Positions 29,074 to 38,852 of a DNA stretch of 64,000 nt are shown piece after piece. The notes under the pieces are model-generated. The model did no database searches, was not told where the DNA came from, and saw only the letters and a list, made by a program, of their open reading frames with translations. The first letter of the stretch is position 1; the number at the start of each line of letters is the position of its first letter. The DNA is taken from sequence record PP328843.1. One strand, 5' to 3'. Source of the DNA: Escherichia phage 215Ecol030PP. A program made the position numbers and the translations under genes.

Positions 29074-29239
29074 ATATTAATTTCCAGAAGTTTTAAAATA
29101 ATTCGCTTTTGCTTAAATATTTCCACAGTTAAATGATCAGTATCTTTTTGACCAATTCCAATGGCAAAACCTTTATTAACAGCGAGTTCAATTAAATTAT
29201 CAAGTTCACGTAACACTTCATATTGTAACTCAGAACTAT

Positions 29240-29467
29240 TCATTTCGGTTTACCTTCTTTAACGAAATCTGGATAAGGATAAAATCCCGAATAAAATCCT
29301 TCACCTTTATGATTGATGCATCCTTTATTAGAACAATAGCACCAATAATCGAAATCACAAGCCATTTCATCATTACATAAAGCAAAAACAACAGGCCATT
29401 TACACTTTTCACAATGGGCATTTTTAAGAATACTAGTTTGGCTCATAACCATGTAACCTTTAAGCAA
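29240..29467 (-). CDS. cysteine-rich small protein (75 aa)
   Basis: ORF with 9 Cys (CEKCKW...CNDEMACDFDYWCYCSNKGC). Confidence 0.45.
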   Translation of the reverse strand: MLKGYMVMSQTSILKNAHCEKCKWPVVFALCNDEMACDFDYWCYCSNKGCINHKGEGFYSGFYPYPDFVKEGKPK

Positions 29468-29655
29468 TATTCTTCTACATGTTGTTTACGACCTTTCTTA
29501 TCAATAAAGGTATATTCAACGAATGTTCCAATGTAGTCTTTATCTACATCATGTGGACTATTAATTGGACATTTAGTACGGCAAATGCGTTCCCATTGAC
29601 GAATAATTTCCACTTTGTTTTTAGGATCAAACGGATGTGGGTAATGTACTTTCAT
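29443..29655 (-). CDS. hypothetical small protein (70 aa)
   Basis: ORF. Confidence 0.45.
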   Translation of the reverse strand: MKVHYPHPFDPKNKVEIIRQWERICRTKCPINSPHDVDKDYIGTFVEYTFIDKKGRKQHVEEYCLKVTWL

Positions 29656-30106
29656 AATCCACCACTATTAAATCAATATCAGGAGTAAACATGTCGATTA
29701 ATTTAGAAACCTTATCCCAATCGCCGCCAGCAATACCACAACCTATGCGTGGAATGTAAATTACTGGTTTAAACAAAAGGGTTTCTGCCTGTAGATTTAA
29801 TTCTATCATGCAGTTTACTAAAGCACCATAATCAAGATTAGGACCTGGTTCGTATTGCGTATACAGGTTATAGCATATACCAAAACCATTAGGTTTATGT
29901 TTAAAAACAATAGACATATCGCCTAATTTATCACGAGAACCGTACTCAGTAGTGGTTTTATCTATTTCTAAAATTTTGGGATAGGCTCTTGCTAATTGAC
30001 CAGCTACACCTGAACCCATAGTATGAAAACAATTGCACCCGTGCGCAATAATATTACCTTGAAGAAATAGGGCGACAATATCGCCCTTGATATATTTTAC
30101 AATCAT
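29627..30106 (-). CDS. macrodomain protein (ADP-ribose binding/processing)
   Basis: 159-aa ORF with macro signatures NIIAHGCNCFHTMGSGVAGQL and glycine-rich GCGIAGG loop. Confidence 0.6.
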   Translation of the reverse strand: MIVKYIKGDIVALFLQGNIIAHGCNCFHTMGSGVAGQLARAYPKILEIDKTTTEYGSRDKLGDMSIVFKHKPNGFGICYNLYTQYEPGPNLDYGALVNCMIELNLQAETLLFKPVIYIPRIGCGIAGGDWDKVSKLIDMFTPDIDLIVVDYESTLPTSV

Positions 30107-30444
30107 CTAGTACTCAATCCTCGATTATAAGAATCTACCAAACGGTCAACCATTGAATGACAAGCGGCTTTATCTTTCTCCTCCGCAACTGAACATTCTA
30201 AGGTATTCCACTTTTTAGCATATCGTTTTAATAAAGTATCATTTTTGTATCTGCTTGATTTATCTCTTTCTCCGTCTTTATATGCATATATTAATTTCTG
30301 CGCAAATTCAGCTTGGCATGCTTTATTTTTCCCGCAATAATCCGCTGCAGTACGGTTTACATACTCTCTAATTTCAGTATATGATGTATCTGCTAACGCA
30401 GAAAATGAAATTAATCCTATACATAAAACCAAAATTTTAGTCAT
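30103..30444 (-). CDS. small secreted protein (113 aa; positional equivalent of T4 vs, identity tentative)
   Basis: N-terminal signal peptide MTKILVLCIGLISFSALA. Confidence 0.45.
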   Translation of the reverse strand: MTKILVLCIGLISFSALADTSYTEIREYVNRTAADYCGKNKACQAEFAQKLIYAYKDGERDKSSRYKNDTLLKRYAKKWNTLECSVAEEKDKAACHSMVDRLVDSYNRGLSTR

Positions 30445-30982
30445 TTACTATTTCCAAAAGTTTATTATTTTTAAGGTAATTAGCCTTTTCTAGGACTTCA
30501 GAAGCATATTTAGAACCAGCTTTAACATTCCATCCCGAATTATAAGAGGATATTGCTTTTCTTATATCGCCCTTATGTATATTTAACCAATAAGAAAGTT
30601 CAATGTACGCCCAGGAAGCTGAATTGGATCGTTTATTCAACATTCTTTTTATTTCAGCATCGGTCATATTATAACCAAGTTCCTTAACTCTTGCTCGCAT
30701 AGTAGGCAAATAATTTTGGAACATTCCATAAGCGTGATGCTTTGGTTTAGATTTTAAATTAACTCCGCCAGAGCTTTCTTGCCATAAAATAGCAGCCATT
30801 ATATGACCTAATCCGCTCTTGTGGATATTTTTGTGTGTTTTATATTTTCCATCCTTAGAAAATTGTTCCCCGAATTGATACGCGTAACGCATGTTATCGA
30901 GTTGGACATTACTGAAAGTATGCTCGGAGCTATGTGCCATCATTGAAATGGCCAATAGACCAGCGAGTAGTGCTTTTCTCAT
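30437..30982 (-). CDS. secreted lytic transglycosylase-like protein
   Basis: Signal peptide MRKALLAGLLAISMMAHS; SLT-domain motifs LWQESSGG, YGMFQN, SYNSGWN. Confidence 0.55.
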   Translation of the reverse strand: MRKALLAGLLAISMMAHSSEHTFSNVQLDNMRYAYQFGEQFSKDGKYKTHKNIHKSGLGHIMAAILWQESSGGVNLKSKPKHHAYGMFQNYLPTMRARVKELGYNMTDAEIKRMLNKRSNSASWAYIELSYWLNIHKGDIRKAISSYNSGWNVKAGSKYASEVLEKANYLKNNKLLEIVND

Positions 30983-30989
30983 GTTTACC

Positions 30990-31451
30990 TCATTGAGTTT
31001 TAATTACTGCTTTAGAAGCCTTTCCTGGTAAACGACGACTGTTGATAATTGCCATCCTACATTGAAGTGACGGGTCTTTGAACTTCGCGTTAGGTTTACA
31101 AACTGTAAATCCAAGCCAAAGATTTCCATCTGTGATTTCTAAACGTCCAGGACGATATTCAACTCCATCAATAAAATCCTCATCAATGTCAGGACGCGGA
31201 GGCATACTCAGGAATTCATTAACTTCTAAAACATGGTCTTTTATTTTATGGAATAATTCAAAAACGTATGTCTCATCAATCTCCCGTTGAATTGCGCGAT
31301 CAAGAAGATGTTGAGAATATTTTAGATGAAACGATGAGACTCCTGCTGCTTTTGATGCCTCACGAATCTCATTGTTAATTTGACGAAACTCCGACTCAAA
31401 GTGACGACGAAGCTTATTTCGACGGATAAAAACTTCTGTATTGATAGTCAT
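30990..31451 (-). CDS. regB: endoribonuclease RegB
   Basis: 153-aa ORF in T4 regB position; length equals T4 RegB. Confidence 0.8.
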   Translation of the reverse strand: MTINTEVFIRRNKLRRHFESEFRQINNEIREASKAAGVSSFHLKYSQHLLDRAIQREIDETYVFELFHKIKDHVLEVNEFLSMPPRPDIDEDFIDGVEYRPGRLEITDGNLWLGFTVCKPNAKFKDPSLQCRMAIINSRRLPGKASKAVIKTQ

Positions 31452-31478
31452 GTTATTCTCCTCTTAACTGATAGAAAA

Positions 31479-31508
31479 ATTATACCACAGTCAAGAGGAA
31501 AAGTAAAC
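31479..31508 (-). promoter_or_regulatory. T4-type early promoter upstream of regB
   Basis: Minus strand GTTTAC, 18-nt spacer, TGGTATAAT. Confidence 0.6.
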
Positions 31509-31510
31509 AG

Positions 31511-31831
31511 TTATTCTTTAAATCTAATCAATTTATTCATAGACTTTGAAACTTCTGCACGAACCTCATGTAGATTTTTGAGCTGTTCAAGACGCTGCTC
31601 ATAGTAAGCAATTTCATCTTCTTCGAGACAGTCCTGTGAATCTTCTTTAAGATAACGTGCATAGTCCTGGAAAGCGTTACGAACTACTTCTTGGAAGTCA
31701 TCAAGACTTTGAATTTTCTTAGGAGCAACAGATACACGACGAGGGGCAGTATAATACTCATAACCAAACCCTGCGCTTAATTGAGCCATTAATATTTTTC
31801 CTCTGGTTGGAACACAGCACGACAAGCCCAC
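31511..31831 (-). CDS. hypothetical protein (about 92-106 aa)
   Basis: ORF; probable start [13 protein letters not shown]... Confidence 0.45.
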   Translation of the reverse strand: MGLSCCVPTRGKILMAQLSAGFGYEYYTAPRRVSVAPKKIQSLDDFQEVVRNAFQDYARYLKEDSQDCLEEDEIAYYEQRLEQLKNLHEVRAEVSKSMNKLIRFKE

Positions 31832-32091
31832 ATACTGGCTTCTTTGAGTTTCGTTTTAGCAATAGTTAACTGATCAAGACTTTCAGCATAATTCTTCGCG
31901 AATTCACAGTCTTCACAATTATCTAGTGCTTCCCAGAATTCATCATATAAAGCATCAAAGATAAGTCCTAAACGAACTTCAGCGTCTTTGATAGCATTCA
32001 CTTTACCGATTTTCTCTTCAGTATGTGGTTTATAACCCTTAATATCTTCAATCATATTTGACTTCCTCACCAGTGCATAAATCGTATTCAA
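31789..32091 (-). CDS. hypothetical small acidic protein (positional candidate for T4 vs.4/Acb2; unverified)
   Basis: 88-100-aa ORF two genes upstream of the GrcA-like gene; assignment by position only. Confidence 0.3.
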   Translation of the reverse strand: MNTIYALVRKSNMIEDIKGYKPHTEEKIGKVNAIKDAEVRLGLIFDALYDEFWEALDNCEDCEFAKNYAESLDQLTIAKTKLKEASMWACRAVFQPEEKY

Positions 32092-32269
32092 CTAAACGAA
32101 TAGGTTCATGAATGCCATATCCCTGAACAGAAATTTCTGTCGTAGGATAAATTCCATCAATATCACCCATATTCCAGGCTTCATTAAATTGCTGTTCGCC
32201 TGAATTACTAAACCACTCGGCGAAAGCATTTAGCACATCTTCAGAACCTTCAATAATTATCTTTGCCAT
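32048..32269 (-). CDS. hypothetical small protein (73 aa)
   Basis: ORF. Confidence 0.45.
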   Translation of the reverse strand: MAKIIIEGSEDVLNAFAEWFSNSGEQQFNEAWNMGDIDGIYPTTEISVQGYGIHEPIRLVEYDLCTGEEVKYD

Positions 32270-32631
32270 TACAAACTCTCGGTAAAGGTACGAGCGATAA
32301 CATCGCGCTGCTGTTCCGGAGTCAGAGAGTTAAAGCGAACTGCATAACCGGATACACGGATGGTCAGCTGCGGATATTTTTCCGGATGCTTAACTGCATC
32401 TTCCAGAGTTTCACGACGCAGAACGTTAACGTTCAGGTGTTGACCACCTTCAATTTTAACTGTAGGTTGTGTTTCAATTTCAATTTCACGGGCATGCAAA
32501 CCATAGAAAATTTCTGGGTCTACAAAAGAGTCCTCTTTAAAGGTTTTAGAAACGATAATTCGTGCTTGAATACCATCTTCAAAATAAATAGTACCTTTAT
32601 GTGTGCCTTCAAGAATTTGATATGCTTTCAT
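32269..32631 (-). CDS. autonomous glycyl radical cofactor (GrcA/YfiD-like)
   Basis: 120-aa ORF ending ...[60 protein letters not shown], the glycyl-radical domain (RVSGY). Confidence 0.8.
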   Translation of the reverse strand: MKAYQILEGTHKGTIYFEDGIQARIIVSKTFKEDSFVDPEIFYGLHAREIEIETQPTVKIEGGQHLNVNVLRRETLEDAVKHPEKYPQLTIRVSGYAVRFNSLTPEQQRDVIARTFTESL

Positions 32632-32638
32632 ATAAACC

Positions 32639-33019
32639 TCAATTAGAAAATAAATTTATCCAAGATTGTTCTTTAATTAAAAATGGCTCAGAATCATATG
32701 CCATTAAACTCTGTGTGATTAGTCCTTTAAAAGGCCCATCAATAAATTCCATGGTAAAATATGGAATTTTATTCATTAGCCGTGCATTAGGAGCAGTACA
32801 TAAAACTCTGCATCCTTTGAATACACCTTTTTGTAATTTGTATTGCTTGGGATAAAATTCGCTCAAAATGTTATTATTTGCTAAAATTTCAAAATGATTC
32901 ACCAATTTATTTTTAATAGTTTTTGGCGAAAAATAAAGATATTCGAAAAGCTGAGTGTCTGTCATCATTGCATTCCGATTACGAAAAACTGTGGACGAGT
33001 AATACCACCAATACAACAT
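32639..33019 (-). CDS. hypothetical protein (126 aa)
   Basis: ORF. Confidence 0.45.
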   Translation of the reverse strand: MLYWWYYSSTVFRNRNAMMTDTQLFEYLYFSPKTIKNKLVNHFEILANNNILSEFYPKQYKLQKGVFKGCRVLCTAPNARLMNKIPYFTMEFIDGPFKGLITQSLMAYDSEPFLIKEQSWINLFSN

Positions 33020-33552
33020 TTAATATTACAGCAGCAGTGTACAGTGTCAATATGGACACTATAAATCTTATCCATATCAGGAGATTTGACAGGCTCATCA
33101 ATTATATACAAAATTCGCGAAAGCGATAAACCTCTGAACTTGCTTCCTTTATTACCAATAAAACTGCGTACAGAATCAGTAAATAAACGAAAACGTATAT
33201 CATCATTAGAATAACGTGAAAATTCCTTTTTAATGTTATTTGCAGAAATTTTAGCGTAAGCTGAAGTATTAGAAAGAACAATAACTGTTCCGCCATCATA
33301 CAACCAATTAGCAGCAAAGTTAGTCACAGCAATTGATTTACCAGATTGACGTCCACCGTCTAGTCGAAGTGTGCAATACTGTTTAAGTAAGTCTTCAAAT
33401 GGCGGGATATATTCGTTTTTACAAATTTCTTCTACTCTAGCATCAGAATGGTGTGTAAAAGCATTCATCAGGGATAGATAAGGACCAGTTAAAAATGTTC
33501 TCATTTTGTTCTCTCTAGGTTTGGGCCATTCCATGGCGCATGAATTGTCCAT
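32965..33552 (-). CDS. P-loop protein (195 aa)
   Basis: Walker A-like GGRQSGKS. Confidence 0.45.
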   Translation of the reverse strand: MDNSCAMEWPKPRENKMRTFLTGPYLSLMNAFTHHSDARVEEICKNEYIPPFEDLLKQYCTLRLDGGRQSGKSIAVTNFAANWLYDGGTVIVLSNTSAYAKISANNIKKEFSRYSNDDIRFRLFTDSVRSFIGNKGSKFRGLSLSRILYIIDEPVKSPDMDKIYSVHIDTVHCCCNIKCCIGGITRPQFFVIGMQ

Positions 33553-33649
33553 TTCTGTATTTACCCATTACCGCACTTGGGCTCGACCTTATTACAGGTT
33601 GGCGGGAATCCCTCACAGAATCATGAGGTCCAGGTTATTCCCATGTTAT

Positions 33650-34066
33650 TTAAATGTAAATATTTTTGCCGTAATACTTATACCAGTGTGGCTTCATTAA
33701 AATTTTTTCATCGAGTCGTTGTTGACTCAACTTAATAGCTGATTTACATGGATTATAATCATTTTTCCATTCTACTGGAATATCGCTGATGTCAGGAACT
33801 TCAGTATCTTTTATACTGAACCCGCGTTTTAAGCATTCCGTTATAATGTCCGATTGACGCTTTCGCAAAAATTCTAACTTATCGTAAAAGAAAGTAACAT
33901 GACCAGAACCTAAAATAAATTTAGAAGATATTTTAAAATCTTTAACGCGCTTACCGTTTGCCACATGCTTACGAACTATACCAAAAACACGCGGCAATTC
34001 ACGGTATTCTGCGATTAAATGTTGATCAGCAAGTTCAGATACTAAAGTCAAATTAATACGAGTCAT
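33650..34066 (-). CDS. denV: endonuclease V (pyrimidine-dimer DNA glycosylase) DenV
   Basis: 138-aa [32 protein letters not shown]...WYKYYGK; matches T4 DenV with a few substitutions. Confidence 0.9.
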   Translation of the reverse strand: MTRINLTLVSELADQHLIAEYRELPRVFGIVRKHVANGKRVKDFKISSKFILGSGHVTFFYDKLEFLRKRQSDIITECLKRGFSIKDTEVPDISDIPVEWKNDYNPCKSAIKLSQQRLDEKILMKPHWYKYYGKNIYI

Positions 34067-34091
34067 TTTATCCCTCCAAGTAACTGTGAAT

Positions 34092-34121
34092 ATACTATCA
34101 CAGTTTTAGGAGAAAGTAAAC
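34092..34121 (-). promoter_or_regulatory. T4-type early promoter upstream of denV
   Basis: Minus strand GTTTAC, 18-nt spacer, TGATAGTAT. Confidence 0.5.
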
Positions 34122-34125
34122 AACT

Positions 34126-34656
<531 letters not shown>

Positions 34657-35112
34657 TTAAAAGAGGTTGTTCATTATTCGGTAAAGTGAAGGACCCATCA
34701 CATATTGCCACTGAGTACGAGGAATAAGAGCAAAAGCGTCCATCTCTGGAATCATAACGCCATCTTTATTTTCAAAATAAGACTCGCAATGGCAATTTCT
34801 AAACATCTCATGCTCTACTGGAATCGTATAATAAAATAACTGTAAGTCTTTATTACTAGAATATTTAAATACACCTAGGTCTTCTAGAAGGTCTGGATTA
34901 TAATCGATAAAACCAGTCTCTTCTGAGCATTCTCTTTTTGCAGCTTCCAGTGCATTCAAATCAGAACTTTCTACACGGCCCTTTGGAATATCCCAGCGAT
35001 GTGCCATCATTCCAGGCTTACGAGAACCAGTAACCCGACCCATAAATAAATCTTTATCTTCTGTCATAAAGATAATACCAGCTGATAGTGTTTTCATTTT
35101 AATTTCCTGCAT
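34657..35112 (-). CDS. nudE: Nudix hydrolase NudE
   Basis: Nudix box GRVESSDLNALEAAKRECSEETG. Confidence 0.85.
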   Translation of the reverse strand: MQEIKMKTLSAGIIFMTEDKDLFMGRVTGSRKPGMMAHRWDIPKGRVESSDLNALEAAKRECSEETGFIDYNPDLLEDLGVFKYSSNKDLQLFYYTIPVEHEMFRNCHCESYFENKDGVMIPEMDAFALIPRTQWQYVMGPSLYRIMNNLF

Positions 35113-35582
35113 TCAGTGATAAAGTTATTTAAATTTTGAGTATATTTCTTTTCATCAAAAATCTTTTGTTGTCTGCGTAAACGCCATGGCATTTCAATGA
35201 ACATACGCCATATTCCTGATAATACTGCTGCTGTAAAAATATTAACAAGTATAGTTAAAAGAACCCAATCTCCTATTCTGTCCATTGGATTTTTTATAAA
35301 AAAGTAAAATACGAACGATGATATAGGAAGACTAATGATATACCACAGAAGAACCTTCTTATCTGTGAACCAATCAGCATTCGTTAACTTAGCGCGACCG
35401 TTTTGAATACATACGAACTTATCATCTGTTACAGTAAATGGCTTAACTGGTTGATATCCCATTCTAAACTCCCTAATCAACAAATTTTTCATATCTTCGG
35501 AACAGCCAGTCCAGTCAACTCTATCAACTGAAATGCCATCATCCCCATCATCTAAATCATACCAGCGAGTTTTTAAAATCAT
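35094..35582 (-). CDS. membrane protein, paralogue family member 1 (162 aa)
   Basis: Two TM helices, basic segment WRLRRQQK, C-terminal ...FITECRKLK. Confidence 0.5.
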   Translation of the reverse strand: MILKTRWYDLDDGDDGISVDRVDWTGCSEDMKNLLIREFRMGYQPVKPFTVTDDKFVCIQNGRAKLTNADWFTDKKVLLWYIISLPISSFVFYFFIKNPMDRIGDWVLLTILVNIFTAAVLSGIWRMFIEMPWRLRRQQKIFDEKKYTQNLNNFITECRKLK

Positions 35583-35941
35583 CTGATTTTCCTACAATCA
35601 CTCACAAACTCTTTCATTGATTCATTTTCAATATAAGACATATAGCTATTATATTCTTTTAATTGTATTTTGTAATCCTTTTTTCTTTGCCAATTTATTT
35701 TAAAATTATCATAATGAAAATATAGTATAGTGCCAAAGAATGAAAATAATGAAATTGCTATAGTAAAACGAAGTTCACTCCAAACCTCTGTTATAATTGC
35801 TGAACCATCGATGTTTAAAATAAAACAGTCAATCATTAATCCAATAAGACTACCCGCAAGAGCTGCAAATACTGACACGGCAAGAATTAACAGTGCCTCA
35901 AGAAACGAATATTTGACTTTATTTAGTTTTGGCTTTTGCAT
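35579..35941 (-). CDS. membrane protein, paralogue family member 2 (120 aa)
   Basis: Two TM helices, WQRKKDYK, C-terminal ...FVSDCRKIR. Confidence 0.5.
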   Translation of the reverse strand: MQKPKLNKVKYSFLEALLILAVSVFAALAGSLIGLMIDCFILNIDGSAIITEVWSELRFTIAISLFSFFGTILYFHYDNFKINWQRKKDYKIQLKEYNSYMSYIENESMKEFVSDCRKIR

Positions 35942-36336
35942 CGTGATTCCTTAACAAATTTCATAATTTCATTAAATTCATACTCAGCAAGTTTAAGCTG
36001 GTGTTCCTTTTTAATCTTTTTACACTGAGCTTTCCAATCACGTACGCGTTTACGATAATGCCTTCCTTGATACCAGTATCCTACCCAATTTACGGGTACT
36101 AATAAAAGTGGAACTATTAATGGAAGAATTAGCATTAACACAAGTATTTCGCCAGAATCAATATCAGTCATAACATCTAAAACACCTCCAATAATCAATA
36201 GAATTACAAATGATATGAGTATAACAGGACCTATTAACACATCAGTAGAAATTATCTGACGCTTTGGTTCATACTTCACAGGTTTACTTGGAAGGTATAG
36301 TGATGGTTTTGACATATTCTCTACATTCCTTAACAA
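35923..36336 (-). CDS. membrane protein, paralogue family member 3 (137 aa)
   Basis: Two TM helices, YRKRVRDWK, C-terminal ...FVKESRCKSQN. Confidence 0.5.
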   Translation of the reverse strand: MLRNVENMSKPSLYLPSKPVKYEPKRQIISTDVLIGPVILISFVILLIIGGVLDVMTDIDSGEILVLMLILPLIVPLLLVPVNWVGYWYQGRHYRKRVRDWKAQCKKIKKEHQLKLAEYEFNEIMKFVKESRCKSQN

Positions 36337-36898
36337 ATTTTTCTAGTAATAAATCACTTTCAAAATTAGGATTTTCCACTAATTTATCAAAAAGATCATC
36401 AACAATATTCAAGATATTTCTTTTACTAAGAATACGTTTATTTTCATGCTTCGTTTCAGAATCAACTATAAGAGTAAAGAAATATTTCTTGCCCTGAAAT
36501 TTTACAGTAGTATCAATATAAAATAAATTTGACTTTTGTAAATTACGTTTAAACCATGCGTCACTTAAACTATAAACACCGAGATAATCAAAATCGTCGT
36601 TTAAATAACAAACCGTCCATTCAGGAGAAATGAAATCAGTAAATTCAACATCAAAATCACACGTCAATGAATGAATTGATTCAATACTGTTAATAAGTAT
36701 TCCAGGACGTATTAAAGACTTTTTACCTCTGGAAAATCTTCCAGAAAGACTTTCATCAGTTTCATATGAAGACCCCCAATAGTAATTACGTCCTTCTGCC
36801 ATGCGTTTAAGAGCATTTAGTAATTGGTCTGGAACATCAACCTGTCTTTGGAACTCTTCAAACATTGAATTGAAATCACTTTGCATTTTCATTTTCAT
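36284..36898 (-). CDS. hypothetical protein (204 aa)
   Basis: ORF. Confidence 0.5.
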   Translation of the reverse strand: MKMKMQSDFNSMFEEFQRQVDVPDQLLNALKRMAEGRNYYWGSSYETDESLSGRFSRGKKSLIRPGILINSIESIHSLTCDFDVEFTDFISPEWTVCYLNDDFDYLGVYSLSDAWFKRNLQKSNLFYIDTTVKFQGKKYFFTLIVDSETKHENKRILSKRNILNIVDDLFDKLVENPNFESDLLLEKFVKECREYVKTITIPSK

Positions 36899-36915
36899 TC
36901 CTATTTACTCCAAGT

Positions 36916-36937
36916 ATAAGGGGCCGAAGCCCCTTAT
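36916..36937 (-). promoter_or_regulatory. C(UUCG)G hairpin
   Basis: ATAAGGGGCcgaaGCCCCTTAT palindrome. Confidence 0.55.
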
Positions 36938-36939
36938 CA

Positions 36940-37533
36940 TTATTTCAGAGAATTAATGTATTCCTGAACATCGGCAGAGGTAGTTTCAACCCCAGAAATA
37001 TTACCGTTAAAGGTTTCAACTCGAGCAAGGGTATCTTCAATATCAACCTTAGTCAGCGCTGCAATTTCAACTACATCATCAGCAGTACTAATTCCAAGGG
37101 CATTCGCTGCACGAGTTTCACGGATATATTCCAATTTAACTGCAAGTTCTTGGCGAGCATCATCTAACTCAACTACTTTCTTAGCGATTTCAATTCGCAT
37201 TTCAGCATAACCATCAGCTTTAGTAGTCAACTGCTCAGCTGTTCGACGATATAGTAAACCGAGTTTAGCATGCATTGTTACATCTTGACCTTCGGAAAGA
37301 AGCTTGCGAATTTCACGCTCTTTTGATTCAGCCTGTTTATTCTTTTCAACGATAAGTTCACGAATACGCTTTTCTTCATTAATAGATTTAACGGAAGCAG
37401 TTTTTAGATCTTTAATTTTATCAAGTAGTTTTGCTGCCGCAGCAGTATACTGTTCTTCAACAGATAGATTTTTAGCCATAGCAGAACCAAGTTTAGTGCG
37501 AATAAACTCAACAATTTTCTTCAGTGTGTTCAT
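36940..37533 (-). CDS. coiled-coil protein (197 aa)
   Basis: Long charged heptad-rich helices. Confidence 0.5.
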
Positions 37534-37824
37534 AGTATTTCCTTAGGTTAATTAAGGGTTTTATAATCCATGGGAGTATTATACTCCGGATAGTTTGTAA
37601 ACTATTTCAACATCGCCTTTTGCTGCTTTATAACCTTCAGCCCAAGATACAACCGAGTTTTTATCCGAAGATTCAAATTCTGGCATTGGGCTTTCGCCAA
37701 TGTTCACGCAGTATGTTTCTTCATTTTCGTCGAACCAAATAATTAAAGTAGTCATTTATTTCTCCGTTTTCTGTATTTGTTTTGATAAGTCTATAATAAC
37801 ACCGTCCTTGGCGTTTGTACACAA

Positions 37825-38100
37825 TTATTTCATATTATTGAAATATTCTTCTGCGATTTCATCGTTATCATGGTAAACTTTAGAAGACAGTTTAACATAA
37901 CCTTCAGCAGTGAACATGTTAATCACAACCTTTACAGTATACCACTGACCATCTTCATTACCCATTACTGCGTAAGTTTCAAACATCGGATGATCAGGAC
38001 CGATAACTTTAATATCATTCACTGTACGACCAAAATCTTCTGAAACGCATTTCATAAAGAAGTTGAACAGTTCGCCGTAATTATCCATTTCGTTCTCCAA
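37825..38100 (-). CDS. hypothetical protein (91 aa)
   Basis: ORF downstream of an early promoter. Confidence 0.5.
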   Translation of the reverse strand: MENEMDNYGELFNFFMKCVSEDFGRTVNDIKVIGPDHPMFETYAVMGNEDGQWYTVKVVINMFTAEGYVKLSSKVYHDNDEIAEEYFNNMK

Positions 38101-38131
38101 GTTGTTTTCTGTATCAGTAGTTGATAGTTGT

Positions 38132-38161
38132 ATAGTACCATAGAAGAACAGGGATGTAAAC
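38132..38161 (-). promoter_or_regulatory. T4-type early promoter
   Basis: Minus strand GTTTAC, 18-nt spacer, TACTAT. Confidence 0.55.
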
Positions 38162-38295
38162 CGTTTTGTGAAAAATTTTTTAAAAAGTTTTGGGGGAATT
38201 CTAGGGCAGGGAGGGGCAATTAAAGGATAGGATAATATATTATAAAGGATAGAAACTAAATGATGCCTAGAGAGGCCCGGAAAGGCCTAGATACC

Positions 38296-38322
38296 AAAAA
38301 GCCCCAACCTTTTGGTCGGGGC
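38296..38322 (-). terminator. intrinsic terminator (twin copy 1)
   Basis: Minus-strand GCCCCGACC-AAAA-GGUUGGGGC then UUUUU. Confidence 0.7.
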
Positions 38323-38330
38323 TAAGAATG

Positions 38331-38804
38331 TTATTTGATTTGTTTAGCAGACCAAATGCGGTCTTTAATAATTTTTTGGATGTCTTCAACATACTCAAGA
38401 GAGTGAACATGTGGATTATCTTTGAAACTATAAGCACGGGCTAACTTTTGGCCTTCGGTTTTGATTACTAAAAGCTCTTTAAGGATAGCTTCATATTTGG
38501 AGATAATTCCTTTAACAATATTTTTCTCTTGTGTGACTTTAGGATCTGCTTTAGGAGCAGGTTTACCTGAAGCCTTTGCAAAAGCAGCTCCAGTAGCAAC
38601 TAAACTTTTCCAAGCCATACTAACTGCATTCCCTGTAAATCCTTCGGCTTTCATATCACGAGCAAATTGGAATCGTGATTCATCGGAAGCATCTTTATAG
38701 GAATATTTACCCGCGGCAATGGCAGCTTTTGCAACAGCTTGAATTTCAGTGCTAGATGCTTCATTTAACACCGCTTCATTTAAAAATTGAGTATATGATT
38801 TCAT
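38331..38804 (-). CDS. internal-protein-like protein with capsid-targeting-sequence-like N-terminus (157 aa)
   Basis: Start MKSYTQFLNEA... resembles the T4 internal-protein leader MKTYQEFIAE; RBS AGGAAA; late promoter immediately upstream; flanked by twin terminators. Confidence 0.5.
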   Translation of the reverse strand: MKSYTQFLNEAVLNEASSTEIQAVAKAAIAAGKYSYKDASDESRFQFARDMKAEGFTGNAVSMAWKSLVATGAAFAKASGKPAPKADPKVTQEKNIVKGIISKYEAILKELLVIKTEGQKLARAYSFKDNPHVHSLEYVEDIQKIIKDRIWSAKQIK

Positions 38805-38842
38805 CTTATTTCCTGTTTTAATTCGGGGTTTTAATATACTAA

Positions 38843-38850
38843 TATTTATA
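38843..38850 (-). promoter_or_regulatory. late promoter (TATAAATA) for the internal-protein-like gene
   Basis: Plus-strand tatttata about 40 nt upstream of the ATG at 38804. Confidence 0.55.
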
Positions 38851-38852
38851 CT

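Noticed and set aside
30103-30444. Confident assignment of this ORF as T4 Vs (valyl-tRNA synthetase modifier)
   Set aside because: Position and length fit, but the product has a clear signal peptide and paired cysteines, which I cannot reconcile with a cytoplasmic modifier from memory; left as tentative.
38162-38295. G-rich non-coding stretch (gggggaattctagggcagggaggggc..., aggcccggaaaggcct) considered as a small RNA or micro-ORF
   Set aside because: Only a 21-codon ORF without RBS and one short hairpin; nothing I can support beyond spacer between a terminator and an early promoter.
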